The notes beneath the pieces were generated by a model, which was not told the origin of the DNA, did not search any database, and saw only the letters and a list, made by a program, of their open reading frames with translations. Source: Camelus ferus (lineage: Eukaryota). From it: a stretch of DNA of 64,000 bases. The DNA is taken from assembly GCF_009834535.1 (NCBI RefSeq), contig NC_045696.1, forward strand, positions 9,240,001 through 9,304,000. Reading direction: 5' to 3'. The translations under genes were made by a program, and so were the position numbers. Shown piece after piece: positions 63,775 through 64,000 of this stretch; position 1 is the first letter of the stretch; each line of letters opens with the position of its first letter.

Positions 63775-64000
63775 TTCACTCCCGTCTATTACCGCGTCAT
63801 CACGCCAGCTCCCGGGGCAGCAGCATTCTGGGTAATCCTGCCGTGGGCGGGGTGGCGGGGGAGAGGGCGTGGCCTCCCCAATTCCCGTCTCACCGTATTT
63901 TCTCACCCGCCTGCAGCCGCGTCCGACCTGACGGCCTTCGGCGACCCGCGCCAATTCCCCGCGCTGCCCTCCATCTCAGACCCACGCATGCACTACCCCG
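63775..64000. other. Edge of a CpG island over the RUNX1 terminal exon
   Basis: Abrupt rise in GC and CpG density in the last ~230 bp. Confidence 0.75.
63917..64000 (+). CDS. RUNX1: RUNX1 terminal coding exon, 5' part (runs off the window end)
   Basis: ttttctcacccgcctgcag acceptor ending 63916. Translates (T)[27 protein letters not shown], matching the start of the RUNX1 transactivation-domain exon. Confidence 0.95.

Noticed and set aside
63772..63954. Minus-strand ORFs overlapping RUNX1 exons (also 58401-58619, 27243-27482, 4636-4821)
   Set aside because: Antisense shadows of GC-rich coding exons, with no independent support.

Overview
Eukaryotic (mammalian) genomic DNA covering the 3' half of RUNX1 (AML1/CBFA2) on the + strand. 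Four coding exons have canonical AG/GT boundaries and phase-1 junctions: 4670-4774 (end of the Runt domain), 27229-27420 (the 64-aa alternatively spliced exon), 58355-58516 and the start of the terminal exon at 63917->64000. Introns are 22.5, 30.9 and 5.4 kb. Two tRNA-derived SINEs resembling the camelid Vic-1 family suggest camel, alpaca or llama (inference). The introns hold old eutherian repeats (MIR, L2, L1, MLT1 solo LTRs, MER20, MER47/Tigger, MER58, MER5) and several transcription-factor motif clusters. Nearly all ORFs in the supplied track are spurious. No prokaryote-type system is present. The most interesting observations concern short RUNX1 isoforms: (1) an apparent orthologue of the human RUNX1a terminal exon with its acceptor and stop codon altered, but with a nearby cryptic acceptor and poly(A) signal; (2) an open read-through of the 192-nt exon; (3) a possible RNA hairpin over that exon's polypyrimidine tract. 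Repeat family names and human/mouse comparisons come from recalled sequences, not database searches.
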